From Eledone cirrhosa (taxonomy: Eukaryota): 64,000 nucleotides of DNA. The stretch covers positions 335,978,001-336,042,000 of the forward strand of contig OZ024740.1 of NCBI GenBank assembly GCA_964016885.1. Reading direction: 5' to 3'. A program made the position numbers and the translations under genes. This document shows, one piece after another, positions 53,411 through 64,000 of this stretch (within the stretch, counting starts at the first letter, position 1; the number at the start of each line of letters is the position of its first letter). The notes beneath the pieces were generated by a model, which saw only the letters and a list, made by a program, of their open reading frames with translations, ran no database searches and was not told where the DNA came from.

Positions 53411-55106
53411 TATATATTATATTGTATTACATTATATCATATTACATAACCTCTTACGTATGTTTACATACACACTCATGTATATATGTGTGTATCTGTA
53501 TGTGTGTGTGTGTCTGTGAGTGTTTGTGCGTGTGTGTGTGTGCATGTGTGTGGGTGGGTGTGTGTGTGTGTGTGTACGTGTGTGTGTGGTATATTTTATT
53601 AGCTTTAATATTGGCGTGATTGTAATACTGAACGCATTGTTGATTAACTATAAAAAATCATATTAATTTTGGAATCAATAACAAAGCTAGATACAGATTA
53701 TATGAGACACTTATGGTAGTCTTGTAATATTACACGACTAAGATGGATGTTAGCTAATACTGAATATTTGTAGCAGAGAAGCAAAGTTTCAAAAGCAAAA
53801 TAATAAAGGTTCTTCGTTTTATTGTTGTTGCTCTTATTTTGGTGAAGATAATCAGTCTAAAAATATATATGTAAAAATAAAACAGTAAATGAGCCGGATG
53901 TGTGAGGTGGGGGATTGAGGGGATATTCAACATGCTACTTCCGAGGTGAAGATAACTTTGTAGCAACTTTAGAAAAGTCAAATTGAGGAACTTAAATGCA
54001 TTATTCAGTGGCTCATTGACAATGATGTAGCAGCAGCACCGTTTCCGATATGCAAGTATTATGCCATTGTGAGCCTTACTTGGGTTTTGTAAAATGTCCT
54101 CAACTGTTCGGCGCTGAAGTACTTTATCAACAGGGATTTCGTAACTTAGCATTTGAAGTGACTTTGAGGGTCTAAATGCTTGTTGTTAAAGTCTAGAGAG
54201 GCTGAAATTCGCTATTGTTTCTGTATTTCAATAATAGTATATTCCTGTTATTGAATGTGAAGAGTTGTATTATCGGCATAGAAATGAATGACGTTAGAGT
54301 TAACAGCAGGTATGTTTCTAATGTGATAATGCAATCGTGAAAATGAGGTGGGAATGCATAATTGAAACCTAGACTACACTAAAGCTGAAAAGTGTAAATT
54401 ACGTAGAGACACGCCAGCGTACACAGTGATAGTATCGTCTTACACTGGTGAAAATCGGGTATGAAATTTAACCAGCAGATCTCATGCCACGTACAGTCTA
54501 GTATTTTGCTGATTTCGAGTGAATTAATATTGCTTTCTTGATAGGCAGGAGCATTGATGAGTGTCACGGGATATTATGATCGATAGATGAGCAGAGGCGA
54601 GATTCTGAAGTAGTTGGTGAAGACGATTCTTAACAATTGTTTCGAATAACGTTCGAGTTGTTAATTAATACGATCGTTGACAGAGTTAGAGTGGATTTGG
54701 AGATGGTTGAAAGAGGTTACGGGTCTGTGAATTGCGAACCACAAATATATGTTTTCAAATATCATAACTGATCCCTATAGCGAGAAAAATATTAAAAAGT
54801 TTAACTAATATAAGGAGCTAGCTCGTTTATCAGAGAGAAAGGGGATATTTTCAAGATTAGTGGCCTCGCTGGCTATGAGTAACTGGACTTTTTTTCGCAC
54901 TTGGCATATGTGTGTTTATGTGTGTGAGTCTTACGAAGATGAGAACGGCAATGTGACGTTGAATAGCAATTAAAATTCTAATTTTAAACTAGAAAGTAGC
55001 CGAGATTAAAACAAGTAGTAGCGAGTAATCTTGAAGGGTAAGGTAATGTAATCCAATACTTGTAGCTCTATCCGGCAACGACTAAAATGTATGCAGATGA
55101 CATGAT

Positions 55107-55211
55107 ATATGCAGATACGAAATGCAATGAATATATGCAGATACGAAATGCAATGAATATATGCAGATACGAAATGCAATGAATATATGCAGATACGAAA
55201 TGCAATGAATA
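55107..55211. repeat. 26-bp minisatellite, four copies
   Basis: ATATGCAGATACGAAATGCAATGAAT repeated four times. Confidence 0.95.
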
Positions 55212-56274
55212 TTAATACAGTTCTAACTTCGAATAAATACATTAACTTTACTATAGATACTAAAATCCTGTTTTTATTTATAAATTTATAATTAGGTAAA
55301 GATTAAGAATTATGGTTTAAGATTAAGGTTTAGTGTTGGTTATTAGGGGTCAGAGTTACGGTTTAAGATTTAAATTTTATGGTTAGGGTTAATAATAAAC
55401 TGAATTGGTGAAATTCTTTGCAAAATCGTAATCTCAAGTATTTAAAACATAGAAATCCGAACACATTTTCGGAAAAAAAACTAAAAAATAAAATATTTAC
55501 GAAGGGTCATTGCCCAGTCCAGCCTTTAGCAATATTCTTATATTTTGAGCTACTTTCAAATTCAATCCTCTAACTTTTGAAAACTTCGTGATTGTTTTGA
55601 GGAAATTGATTTGATAACCCTGTGGCAATCAGCGAAGTTTTGTAAGTATCTGTAAAATGGCCACCTTTAATTTTCTACTTTGCAATTCCCAAAAATCTTT
55701 CTTTCTTCCCTATATCTCTTTCTCTCTCTTTCTCTAACTATCTAACTATCTCGCTTTTATATAATAAAAATATGTTGGTGAAAACAGTAGTAGCCACTGT
55801 CGAATAGAAAGTACTCAATACAAAACATCTCTAGGCTGAAAATGTTTTTTTATTAAAACAATCGACAGTTTTTGATTGACCATGTTGTTTCATTAACTCT
55901 TTTCGGAATTATAAGGAAACTAAGGTGAAATGTGATTAAAGTCTGTTAAAATAGTAACCGAACAAAAATCTAAACGTAATAAAGGCAAGCAGCATACATA
56001 CGGGAGAAAATATATCAATGTAGAGTAAGTTGCGACCGGAAGATGATATCGGCAGTGGAAACACCTACAGAATGTTTTTTTCTTGATCTTATCTGGCGAT
56101 CGGTTCATTTAGCTTCTTTATCTCATTATTGTCAAGAGATTTTTGGAGTCTTGTTTTGCTTTATAATAGGCAATTTGAATATTTCTTTGGTTAACCATTA
56201 CACTTTTAATAGAGAAAAGAGGCTTAACTCATAAAAGGAGTTTTACTATATTATACATATTTAGAAAAAAAACA

Positions 56275-56420
56275 CAAGTGTCCTTGGCCCTAGGATCACC
56301 TCCATACTCACCACCAACGGCATGGAGTTGGCTACTCGCAGGTGTGAGCCTCGCGAGCTGAAATGCCTCTTCCAACGCGTCTCCCTTACCATCCTCCGGG
56401 ATCAATATATCCTAGTAACC
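56275..56420 (+). pseudogene. CRE-clade-like non-LTR retrotransposon C-terminal fragment
   Basis: VLGPRITSILTTNGMELATRRCEPRELKCLFQRVSLTILRD resembles the G.WG......G..L....G.PRE..FL.QRLS.AIQRGN end of CRE-type RLE proteins. Confidence 0.5.
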
Positions 56421-57429
56421 ACTACGTTCATTATTGAATTATTCAGACTCATTCTTATTCTTAACAGTGTTTATATACAGTGCTCGAGCCATATTCTTTT
56501 ATACACATATTAATAAATATCATGTTCTTTGTTCTACTTCTTTTTTATGTGTTTTCGTACTTTTGTGCTTTCTTTGTTATAGTCAACACAGCCAGTCCCA
56601 CACTAGACTATACCTTTACTATCTAGTGCAGGGCAATGAAAGGCAATAAATAAGTTAATACTTTGATTTCAAATTCTATATATTATATTTAAACGGGACA
56701 ACAACTACATTACTTCAAAGACTTATTAAGTATTATGAGATGTATATACGTGTATAGTATTATGATGCTTCACGGGGATCTGAGGTAGTCAGTTATTTAC
56801 GCTGCTAGGAGAAATCATTACGTTCCTTTCCAATTACATTAAGAAAATATCAAATATTTCTGAGAAGCTGATGTACTTCATTAAGAAACTGACAAATCCT
56901 TAAAGGAGAATTTCGTAGGGGAACCTTCCTACGTTTAAGTGTTACATAGTTCAAGTTTGTTATTGACGCTGCCAAATTTCTCGCTAGAAATAGGAAATCT
57001 TTAAAGATTCAGGAAAGCCGTATTTTGTAATTGAAAATGAGATTTTAATGGAATTCTGGTGCCAGTGAATCCTGTAGAAATGTTTCACTTCTAAATAACA
57101 TAATAGGATCAACATTTCCTATTGCAATGACTTCAATTTGTATTCAAAGTTGGTAAGTTTAAATGAAAGTGTTAACAATATATCATTACTTTATAAAGTA
57201 ATATAATGTTGATAATATCCGTTTTAAAACTCATCCAAGATTACAGGAATAAATGGGAAATTATATTTGAAATTCACAAACCGTCTCTGTTAGAACAAAT
57301 AGAATGTGGGTTTAAATATCTTTAATATTATTTCTATAGATAATGTATTCAGGTCAGTTTGATCAATTATACTTTATTACCAACCATCTACGACTTTCTA
57401 TGAATGCTATCATTATCAATTCTATTTGT

Positions 57430-58320
57430 AGGGCGGTGGATTGGCAGTATCGGTAGAGCACCGGACACCATACTTCGCGGCCTTTACGTTCTGATTTCAA
57501 ATCCCGCCGAGGAGCTTTGCCTTTCATCCTTACGTAGTCGATAAAGTAAAGTACAAGGAATGCACTGCAGTCGATTTAATCGACTTTCTCCTCCCCTTCA
57601 AACTGCTGGTCTTGAAACAATTATTAATTCTACAGTATTTGTAAGGCGTTGTACTGAAAACAAACGGTAAAAAAATCGGATAAAATTAACTTGCCGTATT
57701 AATTATGTTCCGACTTCGAATACTGAAGAGAGTAACTTGGCTTTGCATCTTTCCGGAGACATTAAGATAAGTACCAATCTAGAAAAGGACATGGTTTGAT
57801 CAACAGTTCCTTCCCTCAGTTTTGTAGTCTCGTGTCTAAATTTAAAAAATCATCATTATTTCTAAGCCGAGTGTAAAATGTACCAGACAAAATTTCCTGG
57901 TGTATTTATATTCAGAGTTAGAACACTACCGAGATCCACTTTACATCAGGAATCGATAAAAACAAATACCAGTTACACAGTAATCGTCTTCAATACAATG
58001 TGCAAAAGTAAGGTATTTTGTAAAAGTTAGAAATCATTATATTAAAATTTTAGAAATAATTATCATTATTACCTGTTTCAATTGAGTGTCATGATGTATA
58101 TATATAAAGGCCCAGTCAACAATGACTGTAATACTGGTTCTAATATCGGCTGTAAATATTCCTTGTTATTTATTTCTAACATTGGCAGAAGACCATCAAG
58201 TGGTCTAGGAGGAGAATAGTCGCTTTTAGTACTTAGCTAGTATTAAGCTTTTATCGAATTTGGAAGGATGAAAGGCAAACTTGACCTCGGTGGGATTTGA
58301 ACTGTGATCGCCAAGGGCTC
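57430..58320. mobile_element. SINE cluster: one recognisable long-form copy (57430-57625, +) and three very old copies
   Basis: GGGCGGTGGATTGGCAGTATCGGTAGAG...GTCGATTTAATCGAC, followed by degenerate cores. Confidence 0.7.
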
Positions 58321-58449
58321 TCATTCTAATTGTTCTTGAGAAAGATAGAAACTTCTTTCAATCTTATTGCTACGCACATATAAGTGTGTGTATATTCGTA
58401 TGTGAATATGCATGTATACAGAAGTGGAGATAACAGTATCTAGCATTAT

Positions 58450-59350
58450 ACCCCGTCAATAGCACACTAAACATTATTACATTATAAGAATGTATCATCT
58501 CAAGCTGTCTTTCGACTTTCAAAAGAGAGTATTGATATGGAATTCTGCTCTCACCAGCTACAAGATAAATGCTGTCAGCAGGTCATATTGTTGTACAGGG
58601 CTTTCTTCAACTGCTCGAAGGTATTTGATTCCATAAATCATGAAGTTCCGTGACAAATAACGCAAGCCAAACTTCACTGCTCACAAAACTTCATCGCAAG
58701 AGAACTTATCAAGATGAAGTACATTGGTAATGAGAACTGGAATCAAATGAGTTTTTTTTTCATCTTCCTCTCATTTATTTGCTAACTCATTGTGAACAAA
58801 CGTCTGGTTGGTGCCTCGATCTCACAATGCACAGATGACTTTAGTGTAATACTGCGACTTAGATTTGAGACCCTGGTGTATTTAGAACATAGAACCATCA
58901 AATACCACAGTATTCTAAAGAAACTCTATCTAATATTCTGTACTGTGTGAGGCAACATTACCAGTAGAACTCATCTCCATTCTTTAGCCCATATAAAAAA
59001 GTATTTCTGTTCAAAACAAACAATACAAACAACAATCGCATAGTTGTTCAATTAAACCCCACTCACTGAGATCATTTCATACTAATCCGGTCCTCCTTGT
59101 ATAATCTCCAATTTAGTTAATCACCAAAAACATGTGAAGTCACTCAGAACTAAATTACAAAACGCTTTTCAGCGATGTATTTTAGTTCTTCATGTGTCTG
59201 AAAAAAAATTAAAAGTAGAATGTACTTCGTTTCCAAATGGAACTGTTCTCTTGACAATATAGAAAATTGTATTGATCGGTAGTAACGGAAGATATTCCAC
59301 GACCATTTCACTAGAACTATACTTTGCTTAATGCTACCTTCTGGAATAGC
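58450..59350 (+). pseudogene. Decayed RTE-like reverse transcriptase fragment
   Basis: HQLQDKCCQQ, AFFNCSKVFDSINHE and QCTDDF resemble the RTE motifs RQLQEKCREQ, FIDFSKAFDSI.RE and YADD, in that order. Confidence 0.6.
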
Positions 59351-60176
59351 AAAATAGAAAAGCCATTCGCACACTTGTAGGAGAGATACTGAAAATACAG
59401 TCCAACCACATAATGTATATATATGTGTGTGTGTGTGTGTGCGTGTCTATGTGTGTGTGTGTGTGTCTGAGTATGTTTGTGCGTATATGTGTGTGTGCTA
59501 ATATCCATATGTGCGTGTATTTGTGAGTATGTGTCATATGCTGCTCTGTTTCTCCGTATATGTGTGTTGATATATGTGTGTAGATATGTGTGTAGATATG
59601 TGTGTAGATATATGTATATGGGGTGCTGGTAGAAGTATTATAAAGAGATTTATCTTAAGTAGAAATGTAAGAAAAACGTAAAGGTAAAAACTTGATGTTA
59701 AAGAGTAAACACCGTGGTTAACCAGAGGTTTTTTTCTTCTTTTACCAACAAAAAAACACCGATCTGATTAATTTCAACGTTTGTTAAAGTTCCATCAGAT
59801 ATTGGTTACTCAGATCCTGTCCACAGACAGAATATTAGCTAATAGTTGGTATATGGTAAGAACTTGGACATGTATAAAAGTCTATTAGAATGTTATGTTT
59901 ATTAAAACAACAAGCGCACGTAAGGTTTACCTTGCAAGGCATAAAATATTCCTTTTATATTCCTTTACTTTTCTTTCATTGGTTTCAGTCATTAGACACA
60001 GGACAGGCTAGGCCACCACATTGAAAATATTTAATCAATCATATTCATCCCAATATTTATTTATCAAGTTAGTTAGTTATTTTTATCGACCTCTTTTTGT
60101 CAAAACACTAAATTGCGTGTTATAAATAAACAGTAAACGGACACACTAACACACATACACACACACATATATATAT

Positions 60177-60244
<68 letters not shown>

Positions 60245-60481
60245 ATATAAATATACATGCATACATATATATATGTATGTATATATATATACATATATAT
60301 ATATATATGTGTATGTATATATATATATATATGCATATATATATTAATAATAATAAATTTGAAGACTAAAATCCAATATATATTATAGTGGAAACAGAAA
60401 ACAAAAAAACACATCGAAGCGAAGAGACAGTACAAGTGTTAATATTAGTTTTACGCTCGGGAGTGTGTGTGTGGGGGGGGG

Positions 60482-60522
<41 letters not shown>

Positions 60523-60642
60523 ACGGTTAGTTGTGGGGTCTAGTCTGCATGAAGAACTCAATGTAATCCATATGTTGAAAATGTTGTAGGTTAAAATAAA
60601 TCCCGGAAAACAATAAAACATCAAAAGGAAAATAGAGTCATG

Positions 60643-60988
60643 ATATAAGTTAAAACAATGAAATCAAAATTCAAGTCATTAGGAATATACTTCACTGCTT
60701 TACGATCGTTTCTAGGTGATAATAATACATCGTACGCATATTTCGTTATCGATCTATGTAACGTTAGTTACAAAATATCAAATAAGGAATATATTTACCT
60801 ACGTGTATATCTTCAGCATTGCTGACGATATACACGTAGGTAAATATATTCCTTATTTGATATTTTGTAACTAACGTTACATAGATTAATAATTAAATAT
60901 GCGTACGATGTATTATTATCACCTAGAAACGATCGTAAAGCAGTGAAGTATATTCCTAACGACTTGAATTTTTATTTCATTGTTATAA

Positions 60989-60995
<7 letters not shown>
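60643..60995. repeat. ~175-bp-arm near-perfect palindrome centred at 60819, with hammerhead-like cores on both arms
   Basis: Centre reads TCTTCAGCA-T-TGCTGACGA. Each arm reads CUGAnGA...GAAA-CGAUCG-UA outward. Confidence 0.85.
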
Positions 60996-61045
<50 letters not shown>

Positions 61046-61159
61046 GTGCGTGTGTGTGTGTAACTACAAATGGGTTTTTCACCCGAAGAAAGAAATTCCA
61101 TTTTCTTTGTTTTCTTACATTCGTTTACCATTCATTTTATTCATCTCTCTCTAAAAGTA

Positions 61160-61230
61160 TCTTCTGATGAAAGACAAGCATCCAAAACGTTAAGACTCTT
61201 TTCCTCCTATATCGAGCGTTAACCCATTAA
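61160..61230 (+). mobile_element. Decayed pLTR-like motif with a degenerate minimal hammerhead
   Basis: TCTT-CTGATGA-AAGAC(AAGC)ATCC-AAAA-CG-TT-AAGA followed by CGAGCGTTAA. Relatives at 27335-27400, 36175-36246 and ~63900-63950. Confidence 0.5.
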
Positions 61231-62779
61231 CGAATTTTGTACTGCTATCTCATGCTTCATCTTTGCCGACTGTCTCATATATATATATATATATATATGT
61301 ACGTGTGTGTGTACATATATATATATACATTGGTTAAACCGTCACTGTAGCCTCACACACAGACACACACACACACACAAGCACACGCTAACACATACAC
61401 ACATATACATAATGTGTTTGCGTGTGTACAAGAAAAAAATATATAAGTTCGTGTTTGTGTATATATATATATACATATCTACGAGTGTGCGCGATTAATG
61501 TATGTATATATATATGTGTGTGTGGGGGTGGGGTGGGGGGTGGGGGGGGCAGAGAACATATGTATATATGGAAATATCAATAGAATCATACATAGATACA
61601 CTCTTATGTGCATATACATAAGTATTTGGCTGTACGTTATTTATATATGTATAATTCGGGAATATGTTTGCAGTTCTATTTTGGCGAATATGATAAATTG
61701 TTCGTTCATTACGAGAAAATCAGATAAATATCGGTTTATTTTAGAACGCTGTTCATTTCGAATATAATTTTTATTTCGTTCAATAACTCTGCTGAGATTC
61801 TCAGGAATAACGAGCCAGCCAAATTATATAAAGATTCTTTTCTTTCTTTTTTTTTTTGTTTGGTTATTATTGTTTTTGTTGATGGTGTTGTTGTTAATGT
61901 TTCAGTTGTTGTTGTTGTTGTTGTTCTTTGATTACTCAATGTCGTAGTTTATTATTTTATTATTTTGTGTACAATTATTTTCCACAGTTTCTTTTTTTAA
62001 TTGTTATTATTTTTCGTGTTTGTTGACATCTAATGAGTACACTGTTACTAGTATCCAACTTTATGTTTATACGTGGAGAGATAGGAAAATAATTAGTGTC
62101 GGTGAAGGAGGAGAAGGGGTGGTGGAAAGATGCGTTTGATACTGTCATTTCAGTTGATTTTGTTGTGTTCGATTTACTTTCTTCTCTTTCAAAGTTCGTG
62201 CTATTTGTAATCTACCGAAATGGGCATGGCACTAAATTAGTTTTTCACAGAACTTCCCTTATCTTTCGAAGCATTAATATGACACCTCTTCTACAATTCC
62301 TATCTTTATCAACTTAAAACTGGTGCATGGAATGGATTTCCGGTTCACAGACATAAACGTTTATACTAACTCTTTGTGAGCCTTCAACGAACACTTTTCC
62401 AGTATAAATAATACTTTTACCGTATAAAAATACCTTTACTATATAAATACCATTACTGTATAAATACTTTTACTGTATAAATACTTTTACTGTATAAATA
62501 AGTATACACAGACGTACATGCACAGCCCCATACATTGATCAGCACAAAAAGCCTAGATTTACTTTAAAAGCATTAAAATTATAAAATTCCTGGTAGTATA
62601 AAAGGAGCACAGGTTGTTTTCAACAGATTCTTATATCTTGAAAGTGGAATTTCATATTATTTTTCTATCTTTCCTTCACAGACAACCAATGTCGGAATTC
62701 TTAGAAGTAAACCAATGGTCACTAACATATGTGGATATGTACTGGTATGAAAGATTCAATTGACTATCCTTGACAACTC

Positions 62780-62950
62780 AAGGCGGCGATAACCATTAGA
62801 GCTGTTGATTGAAAATGTTTCGTATTTGATCCGGCTCTCTCAATTCAAATTCCGCCGAGGTCAAATTTGCCTTTCATCCGTTTAAGGTCGATAAATACCA
62901 GTCCAGTATTGGGGATTGGTTATTTCTCTCTTTCTTTCTGTGGCATTAGA
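62780..62950 (+). mobile_element. Old SINE copy
   Basis: TTCAAATTCCGCCGAGGTCAAATTTGCCTTTCATCCGTTTAAGGTCGATAAATACCAG. Confidence 0.7.
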
Positions 62951-64000
62951 ATTTCGTATTTGTTCTCTGGAAGAAATCATATGTGTCCCGACCTGGTGAG
63001 GGATGGGTTCCAACAAGTTTTAAATGTCCAAGACACCCCACGTGTCGGGATGGTACCCATTCGATTCCCTTAAGATTTAAGTATTTCTTCACTTCTTTAC
63101 ATTCTCAACCACTAGAAATATCTGGTCTTTGTGCCAATGAAAAAATATTTCATTATCTTATATCTTTACATATTATTTCGGCTATCTTAGAATATCACAT
63201 GAATTTGCTGCTTCGTAATATAAAGTACTGTGCATATGAGTCTACTCTACGAATCATAAAGAAATGTTTCGATATTGAGAGAAGGGAAAACGACACATCT
63301 ATACATACAGAGACACGCATATACACAAGTCAAACACAGAATTTCGTGGAAATACAGGACACAAAGATACACACACACATTCACGAGTGTAAACCATATA
63401 TAGACACTTCAAAAAGACAAGATCAAAACAAAGAGGAGATACAGGAGAGCAAGAATAGTAATTGAGAAGGTTAAAGAATGTGTGACGAAGGAGCTTTGAC
63501 TACTAACAATTAAGCAAATTCCTGTTTACTAAACGATGAATGGATTGGTTACTCAACTAATCAAAAACTGAATTGAAATTCAACTGGCGGGTGATTGTTT
63601 ATTGGTAACATTACCAACCCAAATTGTAGCAAAACTTATAATTCTACTCTTCCAATTACCCAAGGGTTACATATAAACATTGAATTACTAGATGTTTTTT
63701 AAACTGCTCTTATACTACACTAAACTTCCATAACCTTCCTTTCGATCACTTTTGAGTTTCCATCTCCTAACCGTTTTTCTTCCGCTCTTGTGTGTTTCAT
63801 CCTCCACTATTTCTAACCAAAAATTCTTCCTCCACTTCCTCCATTAAATTTAAAACATTTTTTTATCTGAACTTTCCAACCACGCCACTCTCCTAATTTT
63901 TGTCTGAAACATTCACTTTTCTTTTCCAGCGAGTGTGAAACTAATAAGACTTTGTGTAATTCTATCCACTTGTCTCTCTTTCTTTATCTTGAATTGTATA

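Noticed and set aside
53950-54760. Possible decayed LINE endonuclease on the minus strand (TLINAPAY)
   Set aside because: Only one weak motif; insufficient support.
55290-55392. TTAGGG-like repeats
   Set aside because: Highly degenerate and short; not an interstitial telomere array.

Overview
AT-rich eukaryotic intergenic or intronic DNA, very dense in (TA)n, (GT)n, (TAA)n and (GATA)n microsatellites. The repeat content resembles octopus/cephalopod genomes; this is an inference. I found no convincing host protein-coding exon, and most ORF-track entries are microsatellite or antisense artefacts. The real coding sequence is transposon-derived: four R4/Dong-clade RLE LINE copies (one near full length, 36951-40560), L1/Tx1-like 3' fragments, and decayed CR1-, RTE-, CRE-, Penelope-, Helitron- and Tc1/mariner-like relics, plus more than 20 tRNA-derived SINE copies. 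The main signal the ORFs do not explain is non-coding. At least five sequence-unrelated small elements sit in (TA)n tracts. Each carries a minimal type I hammerhead ribozyme motif (CUGAnGA...GAAA, palindromic stem III, NUH) and shows tandem and/or fold-back duplication, as expected for Penelope pLTR or retrozyme-like elements. The best example is a ~430-bp tandem unit found at three loci. Other notable items are a tRNA-Ile/SINE read-through retrocopy within one TSD, a SINE 3' tail resembling the Tx1-like LINE 3' end, and microsatellite-directed pile-ups of retroelements. All calls were made by eye; no folding or database search was run.
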